Assembly (NCBI GenBank): GCA_046563655.1 | Contig: CM102289.1 | Coordinates: forward strand, 1,922,001 to 1,986,000 | Reading direction: 5' to 3' | DNA length: 64,000 bases | Origin: Yuukianura sp. NJ FZ-2021 | Lineage: Eukaryota | Part shown: positions 48,499 through 59,797 of the stretch, piece after piece | Layout of the letters: each line of letters starts with the position of its first letter | Numbering within the stretch: the stretch's first letter is position 1 | Translations under genes and position numbers: made by a program | Notes under the pieces: generated by a model | What the model was told of the DNA's origin: nothing | Database searches by the model: none | Seen by the model: the letters and a program-made list of their open reading frames with translations, nothing else

Positions 48499-50492
48499 AT
48501 GGATTGTTCGATTGTGAATCTCCTTTACATTGTTGTTTTCATTTTTGCTTCTTACTTTGGAGTGAAATATATTTATAGACGGAGGAGAGCAAATGCGCTG
48601 TAAAGCCCGAATCACATTGCAGGCCTTGCGTCGTGCGTCAACTTTAAAGTTGACGCTCAGAATTAAAGCGCGTTGATTTTGACGCAGACCCGAAGGCTAT
48701 CACACTGCGAGCTCTGGCGTTGAAAAAAAAGCAGCTTCAAAAAAAACGCACAGATTTCCCACACCTACTATGACTGATCCTAGGCTATGACTTATAGCCT
48801 ATGAGGAACATGCAGAAAAGTATTGGATATGGATGAACAGCTGAGAAGCTGAGGTTAAATGTAATTCTTGGTCAATTTCAGTGCTTGACCTTCCGTTTCT
48901 TAACTTTCCCATAAAAGTCAAGGTTCTTCATCCATTTTTCTATAAATTAATTAAATAAAATAATTAAATACAAATAACAAGTCCGGCGCCGGAACTTCTA
49001 ACGATATTTTGATTCAGTAATGCAGAATGGACATTACCTGACTTGGAACTGAAGTTAAACCATGTCATAGTTTAGTTAAAGTTCAAATAGCAGATGGTAA
49101 ACAATTAAAAAAACAGACGATTCAATTTTGACGCGAAGAAAAGTTGAACCAAGTTCAACTTCTCATCGCGTCAACTTTTCTTGACGCGACGTCAGTTTTG
49201 AATCGGAAGGAGGCAGTGTGATAGCTCCCCGATTTTGAGGTCGCGTTGAGTTTGAGGCTGAGAAAAAACGCGCGTCAACTCAACGCAGCCTCAAATCCAA
49301 TGTGATAGCCTTTTTCTCGCGTTGGATTCAAATCCAACGCAAAAAGTTGAGGTGCGTCGGCAATGTGATACGGGCTTAAGTCACTGCTTTTAACAAGGTT
49401 TGATTTCGCCAATAGAAATCTACTAGAAAATTAGAAATCAGAACCAAAATCCAAATTAGATGTGAAATTTTTCTCATTTTCAAAATTTTTAAGGGCGAAT
49501 GCAAAAACTTCCGCTCGAGATGTAGTTACCGTACATTGCTTCCCGCCTTCGACAACCGTACCAAACGCTTCGCCATTCGCACTCAAACTACTTACATTCC
49601 TAAGAGCTACCAAAATTCCGTATGAGGTAAACCAGAAATTTTTGACTTTTGAAAACAAAAATTTTCAAAATGTTGCATTTGAGTTTTCCTGTAATAAAAC
49701 AAAAAAATAGATTGATGACTCTATTCCGTTCGGTCCAAGTGGCAAATCTCCTTGGATTTCACTTAATGGACAACAGTACACTGACTCGGAAGTTATCATC
49801 AACATGCTAACCAAGTAAACAGGCGTACATATAATATAATATATATTAAATACTAAAGTTTTTAAATAAATTTTGATTTTGAGTTTATTTTTCAGAAAGT
49901 ATGACAAAAATTTCAACGACGGTTTCAAACAGGCTGATCTCTCTCTAGCTCGTGCCGTTCGCGTCATGTTAGAGGAAAGATGGTTCTGGTATGAAAAAAG
50001 TTCAAAACATGATAAAAATTGGCATTTCCAGTAAAAGTTTTAAAATTTCGAATAAAAAAATTCTTCCCAAGGTGTATGACAACTTGGAGATTTGTGTGGC
50101 CTGAGGGCTCGGCGTCCTTCTACAATCTGATGTCCATGAAATTTGGAATTCCGCCATTCTTAGTGCGAATGATGATGGGGCGCATATTTTTAAAACAATC
50201 AAAGGAACACGGCGTTGGACGATTTCCCAAAGATCAGTTCATCTCTTTCATGCTAGATGACATGAGAGCCGTGTCTGGAATTCTGGGTGACAAAAAGTTC
50301 ATTGTGGGGTCAGAGCCATGTCAAGACGATTTCGCAATCTTTGGACAATTGGCACAAGCAATGTGGGGTTTGTATGACTCCCCCTATGAGAAATTCATGA
50401 AAGGTCACGAGGGGTCAAATCTGAGAGATTACGTCCTCCGTATGAAGGAATTGTACTGGCCAGATTGGAACTCTTGTTTACTCAAACAATAA
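48499..50492 (+). CDS. fax: Failed axon connections (FAX)/metaxin-like GST-fold protein, 5 exons
   Basis: Exons 48499-48599, 49494-49626, 49711-49814, 49896-49988 and 50072-50492. N-terminal TM anchor; PNASPFALKLLTFLR, GKSPWISLNG..YTDSEVII, DMRAVSGILGDKKFIVG, D.AIFGQLAQ, RMKELYWPDW. Confidence 0.85.
48604..49376. mobile_element. PIF/Harbinger (Tourist-like) MITE in the fax intron-1 donor
   Basis: TIRs AGCCCGAATCACATTGC / GCAATGTGATACGGGCT; TAA TSD (48601-03, 49377-79); internal TIR-like repeats (GCTATCACACTGC, GCAGTGTGATAGC, CAATGTGATAGCC). Confidence 0.88.
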
Positions 50493-51156
50493 ACACTTTC
50501 ATAATTTCACTTTAGTTTGCTCTTTCTGTTAAAAAGTCAAACGAATTCCAGCTGTGGGTCAATAAATATGTTTTGCCGTCAATTTACAAAAAAAAACTGC
50601 TTTGCAGCGTCGCATGGCTGATGTTCTATGTAATTATTTATTTATACTGAGGCTTATAAGTTATAACCCCGACCTTTTTACGGTAAAAGTAAGCATATAG
50701 AGCCGTCGAAAATTGAAAGTTGAACATGCAAAGCTTCATCCATCATCTTTAAAGTAAGCCCCACATTGCAAAAGCGACTAATAAAAAAAACTCTGTCACT
50801 TTTCACTGCTAAACTTATTGATTTATCCAGAAAGAACGAAAAAAGAACTTTTAAATGTAATGAAAATCCATGTAAATCAAAATAATGAATTCAAAGGGAA
50901 ATTTAAATTCGACAGTTTGGTCTAAAACATTTTTTTCAAGCCTGAGAGTTTTGCTTTTCCAAAGAAAAGCAATACCTTGTAAGTGTTGAAGAGAGACTTT
51001 ACCACTCATGTAGTATTTAGCAGATGCAAGTCATGCAAAAAATTTTTTAGATAATTAAATTCATACTTTTGTCTAAATTGTCACACCTTCCGCCTTTCAT
51101 AAAAAAAACTTTCGTCAATCGAACTTCAACAAAAATTTAAAACTATTTTTAAGAGT

Positions 51157-53679
51157 ATGGAGTCGAAAAATCAAATCCGATTTGTTCATCTATGCAGATT
51201 TATTTCTGGTGCTATTGCACTCGTATTCATTTCTACCCTAAAATTTACATTTGCAACAACCTCTCACCAAGTTCAGATTCAAATTTTGACATTTTTCAGT
51301 GATTGTTGGACGGAGTTCGTCGTTCTAAATGCAACAAGAAGTGACCGTTTAGGAATTTGCCAAATCAATGCATCTCTTGATTTTCCATTAGTTTTAACTT
51401 CGGATTCAAAAAAAGCTGGACCAGGATTTTCAAAGTTGGAGGTAAATCAAACCCTGAAACTCAAATTTAAATGTCTCGCTTTCATTTTCTGTGGACTTGA
51501 CAACCGGGAGAGTTTCAATTCTGAAACGGGTAGAAAATTTGTCCAATATTTTAAACGGTATGGACATTTGAATAGTTTAGACGCCAAAGACAGGTCCCGT
51601 GTGTTGAAGCAAAGAGACATTGGCTTAATGTGGTACAATCGCTTGTTCAAGACGCAAAATAGTTTTGTAGTCGGAATTGCTGAACAAAATATTTCTCATC
51701 CTGTACTGTATCACCAGTTGAAAATCGAATGTCGATGTACCGTGATTCAAGTCGGTTTGAATCAAAACGCTACCGTGGAATTGGAAATTATGAAACTCAT
51801 GTACGGAAAACACTTTACCGTTTTCAAAAAATTGTCGCACATCAACATGCAGGCAATTCATAATATTTGGCTAGAAAAAATTAGATACTACTTCATCAAC
51901 AACACTAAAATTTTCAAGTTGGTGTCATACAAAGAACTTGGAATTGCACGTCATTGTGTAACTTTAGCGCCGTCGCCATTCGTTTTATTGAATCCCTCGG
52001 AACTTCAATTTTCAAACTACTATTTTGCTTACTTACTCATAAATTTCCTGTCTACAGGAAAATATAATACTGCTTATATACATACGCTGACATCCGATTT
52101 TACCGTTGAGAGCTTCATACAAGGAAATTCCTCTTGTATCGAACCGTTTAAGGTATCTACGGCAAAAGCAAATGAAATTTTAACCGAAACAATAACTGTT
52201 CTACATCGCGATTACACTGTCATTGAATATCCAAAACTCCTAATGAACTCAAATCCAGTGAAGCACGTAAGTTCTGGTGCGTTCCAACGTATAAAAGCAA
52301 TGCTGCCTCAATCAATTACAATATTACCGAGTACTTATAGAAACGACTACAACTTTATAACGTGTGATGGAAGATACAAGTCAGAAGATCCGTATGAAAT
52401 GTACATTAAAGGTTTCGATACAACTTTATGGGGAGTTATTGCCCTTACGATAGCTGCACTTTATGCATTTACTTGCATTGTCATACGGAAACTAAAGGCC
52501 AAGGATCCTCCATGGCTCTTAATTTTTTCAACTTTGCTTGAAATTCCTCCAAAAATTTCTCAAAAACTGGCCAAATGTTGCCAATACTATTGGATTGGTA
52601 CTCCACTAATTTTTCTGAGTCTACTGTTGTCGAATACCTATAAAGGATTCCTTACCGCCGAACTGTCATTGGCTCCTCCGTGGAAAGGCCTTGAAACGTT
52701 TCACGATGTGATCAGTGCAAATTTTTCAATTCTTTCCGAATTCCTCGCACCAGCATTTCTCGTGTACTTCAAAAATGGTAACTGGAATGTTAGCGTCCAT
52801 CAGGACATAACGTTTATTGCGGATTTTGAACTTGTGAGTCACATAAACAATTCAATTGTTAGTAGAAGCTATCTACCAAGAAACAAAATTGTAGAACATG
52901 ACAAGATATATGAGAAGGTCAAAGGTCGAATTAGACTGCCAAAAGGCAATTATGATTTCTCAGATCAACACAATTTTAACGTCTCCACTTCAGAAGTGAA
53001 AAATAACACGCAATTTAAGCACCACTTTTTCAATCTCTTATACATACAGCATCCCAATGACTATATTTATGCCGACCTCGCGGAATGTAACAAAACAGTT
53101 TACGCGGTAAAAACGGAAGATATGTTTGTAACCTTCAATTCAATGAAAAACGGATCCAGTAAACCTTATTACTATGGAAACACAAAGAGAAGAGAAATGG
53201 AAGCCTTTAATTTTGGAAGCAGACAGTACTTAATATCTCTTCTGGAAGAAGACTATGACAATGTCTACATCAAATGCAATGTCGATGCGCTCTCTAGCGG
53301 TGGATTTCTGCACTACTGGGAAACACTAAGAATTTACCATGGAAAAATGGATTTTCAAAATGAACAAATTGAATTCCAGCGGGAAATGGCAAAAGCAATC
53401 CCGCTGGGGCTTACTCAAAAATGTCAAACCATTTTTCTTTTGTTTCTTGTCGGAACTGCTTTGTCAATATTGGTATTCGGCAAGGAGCGGATTCCATTTA
53501 CAAAATGCAATGTTAGTAAAATCCTTCAGTGTGAGACATACGTCTGTAAATGCAGAAATAGCGTCAGGATGCTCACTTTGCAAAATTTCAAAAATTTTCT
53601 ACAATTAAATTTACTGAGCAAGACGCTGGTATCTGTTTTTGGTCAAAAATCATTCAAAAATTTGATCAAAAAGTTTTAA
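51157..53679 (+). CDS. Intronless divergent ionotropic receptor (iGluR/IR-like), 840 aa
   Basis: Long ORF with hydrophobic N-terminus; YNFITCDG then F...W before TM1; M3-like LLLSNTYKGFLTAEL; S2-like SGGFLHYW; final TM after PLGL. Confidence 0.75.
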   Translation: MESKNQIRFVHLCRFISGAIALVFISTLKFTFATTSHQVQIQILTFFSDCWTEFVVLNATRSDRLGICQINASLDFPLVLTSDSKKAGPGFSKLEVNQTLKLKFKCLAFIFCGLDNRESFNSETGRKFVQYFKRYGHLNSLDAKDRSRVLKQRDIGLMWYNRLFKTQNSFVVGIAEQNISHPVLYHQLKIECRCTVIQVGLNQNATVELEIMKLMYGKHFTVFKKLSHINMQAIHNIWLEKIRYYFINNTKIFKLVSYKELGIARHCVTLAPSPFVLLNPSELQFSNYYFAYLLINFLSTGKYNTAYIHTLTSDFTVESFIQGNSSCIEPFKVSTAKANEILTETITVLHRDYTVIEYPKLLMNSNPVKHVSSGAFQRIKAMLPQSITILPSTYRNDYNFITCDGRYKSEDPYEMYIKGFDTTLWGVIALTIAALYAFTCIVIRKLKAKDPPWLLIFSTLLEIPPKISQKLAKCCQYYWIGTPLIFLSLLLSNTYKGFLTAELSLAPPWKGLETFHDVISANFSILSEFLAPAFLVYFKNGNWNVSVHQDITFIADFELVSHINNSIVSRSYLPRNKIVEHDKIYEKVKGRIRLPKGNYDFSDQHNFNVSTSEVKNNTQFKHHFFNLLYIQHPNDYIYADLAECNKTVYAVKTEDMFVTFNSMKNGSSKPYYYGNTKRREMEAFNFGSRQYLISLLEEDYDNVYIKCNVDALSSGGFLHYWETLRIYHGKMDFQNEQIEFQREMAKAIPLGLTQKCQTIFLLFLVGTALSILVFGKERIPFTKCNVSKILQCETYVCKCRNSVRMLTLQNFKNFLQLNLLSKTLVSVFGQKSFKNLIKKF

Positions 53680-54062
53680 TTTATATGCACCAGCACAAAT
53701 TTTGTAAACGAATAATTATTATGTAGTACAACCTTCATGAATGATCATGATTTACATATGAAGCAACATTTGTCGAGAAATTCGGATAAGAGAAATTGCG
53801 GTATAATGAATTTGGTTTCTGGAAAACACATCACAAACTTCAACGTTTTTGCTTTTAAATTCTGAAAACCGGTTTTTGCAAACCCACAATATCTACTTCT
53901 GGATATCTTACCTTCCATTTCTGTTTTAAAAAAAATTGTCTAGTTCTTTAAGTTGTCTGTTTTCATTTTTACATATTTGTAAAAAATATTTATTTTATTT
54001 ATTAAAAAATTCGAATTTATAAGTAAAAATTTGATAAATGCCACGCTGTTTGCAGTTTTGTT

Positions 54063-56463
54063 TTAGTGAAACAGCGTTCTAATTTCTTCCAGCGTTTTCT
54101 TTTTAGTTTCTGGCACAAAGTAGAAGATGAAGATTCCACCAAGTGAACACAACAAACCAAACAACCAAAAAGTTCCGTCGTATCCAATATGTATCACAAG
54201 CGTCCAGAAGAAGCGCGTTACTAGGAACGTTATTCCCCAATTGATTCCAAGAGCAATTCCAGATACAAGTCCTATAAGGAATTGAAACAAAACTGGAACA
54301 AACTTTATGTCATAACCAGTATGCGATCTCACGACGACACTGAAAGACCAGACAGATGCAGCTCTGACCACCGGACCAACTCGGTTTCCTCAAATTTTCA
54401 ATGACTTACCACTGACATGCGCAGGAACAACTTCCAAGTAGATGTAAGGCACAGAGCCCATGCCAAATGCAAAGCCCATTGAGAACAGCGTTAGCGTTAC
54501 CAAGGGAACCCAACCCCAAGTGCCCACCAGTGACGGGTCACTTCGACTCAGACAGAAGTACAAACCAAGGGCCCCCAGGCACAAGGTCATTGACCCCTCA
54601 GAGATGAGCATCAAAGGTCGACGTCCGAAATGATCAATTCCAACAGACGACAACGCAATTCCAAGCAGTTGGACTAGCCCTACTGTGATTGTGGACAGAG
54701 TAGGACTGATACTTGTTCCGCTGTCTCTAAAAATTTCGTAACTGTAGAACATTAGAGCATCAATTCCACTAGCTGCAAGAAAAACCATCAGAACGATGCA
54801 TAGGAACATGGGTTTTAAGATAGCTGCACTAGAAAATATGACGCCAAAACTGAGATCGTCGTCATCCGTCGCTCGAACAATAGCTCTCATCTAAAAAAAA
54901 ACGAAAATTTTTATGAAAATTTTGTACATATTTATTCTTGAAGAAAAAAGTTTGATTGTTTTTTTAAAAAATTTACCCGCGTCAGTTCCTCATCGATGTT
55001 ATTCTCTTGCCGTAACCATCGCAGTGCTTGTCTCGCTTTCTCCACATTTCCGTTGCAGAGGTAATGTCTTGGTGATTCCGCCACGAAAAACAGTAGACAC
55101 AGCATGACAACTGGAAAACTGCTTAAGAACAGCGCAAGCATGTTGTACTCCAAAACGCTTCCAGCGATATACGTAACGCTCATTCCAACCGGAATTGCAA
55201 TGGTGTTGAGCAGTCCCAGTCGTCCACGTACCTCTTCCGTCGCAGTTTCATTGATATAAACTGGTACAATTGCAGAGTAGGCTCCGCCTGCAAAGCCACA
55301 AAGGATCCGCCCACTCAGCATTTCCGCCAAATTTGTTCCCGTGGCAACCAAAATGTGTCCAAGAAAAAGCGGTAAAGTGAGGCACAGCATGGCTCCTCTT
55401 CTGCCCAAAAGCGGAGTACAAAATCCAGTTGTAGTGCAACCCAGAAGAGCAGCTAGCTTAAAAATGAAAAAAATTAACCTTTGACCTTGACATTTGAAAG
55501 TTGACTTTGAGCTTGACATGTAAAAGCTGATTTTCAAGGTTCCTTTACAATGAAAATTTAATTTTTTTAACACGTTGGGTACTACTTCACTTGTTGACAA
55601 AAATATATTTGGCTGTATTATTATGACTGCGATGACCTGACATTCAAGACACTTTTTTTTTTGCAAAACCAAACAACGTGAGATATTACCCAACCTGTTA
55701 AAGAAAATCAAAGTCAACAAACCTTGCTCCTTTCCCCTTGCGACTTACTGGTGCGACTGAAGCAAACCAAGAAATTTCTTGGTGTGTCCAATTTGCAAAG
55801 TTCGAACTCGTTTTGAGCGATGGAAGGGCAGGAGATGTCAGGGTTCGCAATCTAGCGATGGTTTCGTGAAACCAGCGATAGATTGATAGAATCCGATAGA
55901 ATCAGATAGAATCATTTTTAATGTTAAATTCACCGGAACGGGTCTGGTAAGCGATCAAACGTATCCCAGGTGGGATCCTTGTGACGTGATATGTTGGTTA
56001 AATTAATAATTTAAATTTGGTTAGTGTCAAATTGGTGTTAAGCAAGTGTAATTGGGAGAGAAATGCCGAAAAAGTGAAGCTTTGTTCTCTTTTTCCTTCA
56101 AGAATTACTGGATTTTTGAATGAAAAAAGCGCTTGATTTTTTAAATTATGATTCTATCACGATTCTATCATGATTCTATCGTTATGATTCTATCATGCGG
56201 CAATCCCTGGGAGATGTGTAGGCCACTATTGCTCCAAGCGACAGTCCCCCAAGAGAAGCTTAAAAATTCATCAATGTATTTGTTCAATGCTTAAAATATA
56301 ATATATAAATGTATAAAGTATTATATATAAATATCAAAAATATTTCATATTTACCTGTGAAAGCTGCAAAGAGTTGATGAGTCCTGACTGCATTATTGCC
56401 GGCACCACGAGAAAAAGAACCGAGAAGGGCTACCTGTTCCAATTCCAAATCATGACGGCTCAT
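54063..56463 (-). CDS. MFS sugar porter (Tret1-like trehalose transporter), exon 2 interrupted by a MITE
   Basis: Exons 56463-56355, 56258-55749 (containing the insertion), 55456-54977, 54890-54410 and 54271-54063. Motifs GRR, GRILCG, PVYINE...RGRLG, ESPR, DHFGRRPL and VPETK. Probably non-functional in this haplotype. Confidence 0.8.
55839..56209. mobile_element. MITE with 8-bp TSD (hAT/P type) inside a coding exon
   Basis: Perfect TSD GGAGATGT (55831-38, 56210-17); termini CAGGGTT ... AATCCCTG; inverted subterminal arrays GATAGAATC / GATTCTATC. Confidence 0.88.
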
Positions 56464-56740
56464 TTTTAAGAAATTTTGAATTTGGATTGAACAGTTTTAA
56501 ATTTTGTTTTTGAACAGAAATACTGCGAGAAAGAACAAAATTTGAAGTGATGCATGTACCGACAATTGTCAATAGTAATTCACATTTGCATCAATTACAA
56601 TAGTAGTAAGTTGGTTGTAAAAAGAAACCGCTCAGGAGCAGTTCGTGCTAGTGAGTGGTGATTATGACTGGTTAAAACCACAACTTGATTACTCACTAAA
56701 AAGATGAAGTTTGTTACAATTAATGATAATAAAGAAAAAG

Positions 56741-56796
56741 AAGTAAGCGAAAAATTTTCCTAACCTAACCTAACCTAAGTAAGCGAAAAATTTTCC
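56741..56796. repeat. (CCTAA)4 telomere-type repeat flanked by a perfect 20-bp direct repeat
   Basis: AAGTAAGCGAAAAATTTTCC-TAACCTAACCTAACCT-AAGTAAGCGAAAAATTTTCC. Confidence 0.8.
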
Positions 56797-57256
56797 GTTA
56801 TTGTTTACATGCGTCCTTCTCCAGTTTTCACGATTTTTCTGTAGATAGTTAAAGTGTTTCGCTATACCAATAAATACATAACTAACAATGGACAAAAAAT
56901 AACCAATTCAAATCAGGAGTAAGTGTGAGTTGTTGCATGTCAAAACAGACAAAACAACTTTATTTTTTATAGTTAGACAAGATGAGGATTCCCATAAGTG
57001 AAAATAAATGCCGAAACCAGCAATTGGTTGGTTTGTCAGCAAAGAACAATTGTAAGCATGATACAATGCACTTCATTATTACCTACGTTTACCTTACTTA
57101 AAATTTAGAAAACAAAATTGTAGACATTGTGTGTACCTGTGTTGCTGTTGAAAACAATTGGTCTAAGTGTACAACTTTTTACAGTGTATGCCTAACTTAC
57201 GGAAATTTGTTCAAAGCAATTAGTTGTAGTTTAACTACATTTTCAACATAAATATG

Positions 57257-59641
57257 CTAGTTGCCCATTGGGCCCGCAATCTTTGGAACAAAAGCAAGTT
57301 TGGTCGTAGTATTTCTAAATAGCACTACAGAAGTAGAACGCTTTGTAAAATTTTTCTTACATTCGTACACATATACAATGATATATGTGTATATAAAATC
57401 TTTTACCTCATAAAGAAAAATTATGACACAAAGACAAACTCCCGCAAAAAGTAAATAGAAAGATGTGATAATGTTACCACTTAAGTTTAATTTTGAAGGC
57501 AGAGCCAACAGCCTCTTAGTTTTCACATTCTCTTTCATAATCTGATCCCGAGCCGTTGGATTACGCACTGGTTGCCATTTCTCCCACAATTGAAAAATCC
57601 CTCCCGCCAAAAGTTTTTGTATTTTTGTATATACATATTCCTTATGAATGTTGTAGCCTCGCGGCATTGCTGTAATTGTCTCATTTCCTTTCCGAAAATT
57701 AAGCATACTGGGAACAACAATTTGATCCTTGGATTTTGAGTTTTGCATATTTTCATAGTTGGCTAAAAACAAATCCAAGTTAGACTCTAGGCCCATAAAG
57801 GCCATTTTCGTGCAAGGGGAAAGGATTTGGGCTAATTTTGTAACTACGAATTTGATATCCGTGTCGTAAAAAAAATCTTGAACAAATGCATTAATGCGTG
57901 CAGCTATGAACTTGTTTGGTAGAACAACACCGTCCATTTTTATTTTGTCCGAACTGGCATCTATTTTGGTCGCGATCTCGTAAGTGTCACAGGCTACTGG
58001 ATCTCGGTTTGGTTTTGTATAGACCTGAAACATACTTCGGCATGTCGCACGGTTTGTTTTACTTTGCTGGTACACTTGTTGAAATGCGAGGTTGTCTACT
58101 ACTTCATCCTGAACGACTGGATCAAAGACAAGTGGCCAACAATCACAAACAATTTGGGTTTGAACGTCAGTAGAATTGATGGAAACGGTGGAGTAGTTGA
58201 ATGTTATACTGTAATAGTCTGTAAAATAGAGTTCATATGTATCCCAGTCTTGAAGTATAACAAAATCTTCCAACTGTTTAGCTGTAAAATATGTTTGGCT
58301 AATGGGTAGTTGAGACGCTAGAAATGAAACTACAACGCCTCGGTAAGCATTTGTCAAAACAACGAACATAAGAGCCCACAAAGTAATCACCAACTTTGCA
58401 TTCTTTTCTCCCTTTTGTTCTTTTGGAAGTTTTTGAGAAACGTCAAGTATAGTGAAAAAAGTCACAAACAAAATGTTCATCCAGTAGATTAGAAATTTTT
58501 TTACCGCCATACTAGCGTCGAACTTGACGTAGAATGCAGTGCAAGTTAAAGCAACTAAACAACATACGATAATTACACTAAACCAAGAGTACTTGTCGTA
58601 TGGTGCAGCATAAAATTCAAACGTTACTACTCCACTTGTACCATCACATGTTATAAAATTCACAATATTCGATCCGATTACTACCATAAACCTGCCACTT
58701 TCGAAATCCTTCATGGCGAAATGAATTGTATCATAAGAAATTCTATCCTTCAAGTGCAGATCTGTATTTGGGTCAGAACTTTCTCCAATGGCCAAAGGAA
58801 CAAAAATTTCAACGTCTTCGTGAACAAGAAGTCGGAGATAGTCAATCAGTAATAAGTTTCGTCCAATTTGTAATCCCTTGAACGGAGTTAAATCTCGCGT
58901 GTTTCGCTCTAGTTTTACATTATTCTCTGCGTTATGGTGGTAGTACGTCTGTTCTGTTTTTTTCCGTACCTCTTTGATCATTTGCATCAAAGGGATCGAA
59001 AATGGGTTCTTCGTGAAATTTGTTACCACACGACGGAAGTAGTCCTTATGCTCGAACAAAACCGTGCCAATAACTGTTGTGCTACGATTAATACCGTTCA
59101 AAAGTACAACCGGGAAGAAAAGAACTGGATTTTCTGGTCTAGTAAGGTCGAAGTCAATAGGCATTTCTCGCGACATTGGTTGAACGTCTATTCTATGAAT
59201 TATAATATTTAATTGAAACCAATCAGACTCATGCATAGCTGTTTTGTAACAAACGTTTGGCGTTACTGTACCTTGTCTCACTATTTTATCAAACCAAAGC
59301 GTGGGAAACAGCAGAAAAACAATAAAGTATCGGAGCTTATTTGCTCGTTTCTGGACATTGCCCAAGTGCATATTTAGGAAATCCGACAACACAGTTTCCC
59401 TGCGATCTCCACAATGGACACTATGTTTTGTGTTAACGTAGTACAGTTTAACTGGAACTTTAAACCCTTGCGTGATTTCTGGGTGTCTATAGCCTGGTAG
59501 TACTAACAAATTGTCACTATTTGGAAACTGATCCACAAGAAGATTCAGATTTGTCACTTGAATTGATTCAGGGGTCAAATTTAAACTGACAACAAATTGA
59601 TGGGAAAATACGAGAAAAACAATTTCAAAAATTAGCTCCAT
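57257..59641 (-). CDS. Intronless divergent ionotropic receptor (iGluR/IR-like), ~794 aa
   Basis: Signal-like MELIFEIVFLVFSHQFVVS; NFITCDG..FY.APYD...W; TM1; M3-like LWALMFVVLTNAYRGVVVSFL; LLAGGIFQLW; KLNLSGNIITSFYL final TM. Confidence 0.78.
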   Translation of the reverse strand: MELIFEIVFLVFSHQFVVSLNLTPESIQVTNLNLLVDQFPNSDNLLVLPGYRHPEITQGFKVPVKLYYVNTKHSVHCGDRRETVLSDFLNMHLGNVQKRANKLRYFIVFLLFPTLWFDKIVRQGTVTPNVCYKTAMHESDWFQLNIIIHRIDVQPMSREMPIDFDLTRPENPVLFFPVVLLNGINRSTTVIGTVLFEHKDYFRRVVTNFTKNPFSIPLMQMIKEVRKKTEQTYYHHNAENNVKLERNTRDLTPFKGLQIGRNLLLIDYLRLLVHEDVEIFVPLAIGESSDPNTDLHLKDRISYDTIHFAMKDFESGRFMVVIGSNIVNFITCDGTSGVVTFEFYAAPYDKYSWFSVIIVCCLVALTCTAFYVKFDASMAVKKFLIYWMNILFVTFFTILDVSQKLPKEQKGEKNAKLVITLWALMFVVLTNAYRGVVVSFLASQLPISQTYFTAKQLEDFVILQDWDTYELYFTDYYSITFNYSTVSINSTDVQTQIVCDCWPLVFDPVVQDEVVDNLAFQQVYQQSKTNRATCRSMFQVYTKPNRDPVACDTYEIATKIDASSDKIKMDGVVLPNKFIAARINAFVQDFFYDTDIKFVVTKLAQILSPCTKMAFMGLESNLDLFLANYENMQNSKSKDQIVVPSMLNFRKGNETITAMPRGYNIHKEYVYTKIQKLLAGGIFQLWEKWQPVRNPTARDQIMKENVKTKRLLALPSKLNLSGNIITSFYLLFAGVCLCVIIFLYEVKDFIYTYIIVYVYECKKNFTKRSTSVVLFRNTTTKLAFVPKIAGPMGN

Positions 59642-59797
59642 TCCTTCCTTTTGTTGTAAAGTACCAAACATCACGGGCAAAAGTTAAGTACTGTGGCGGA
59701 ACACTCGCGCACAAACCAGCCATTTTAACCTCTTTTGTCTTATATTTAAGTCATAATGTTGTGCAAAATTTGTTTTGAACTAAATACATTTCACCCG

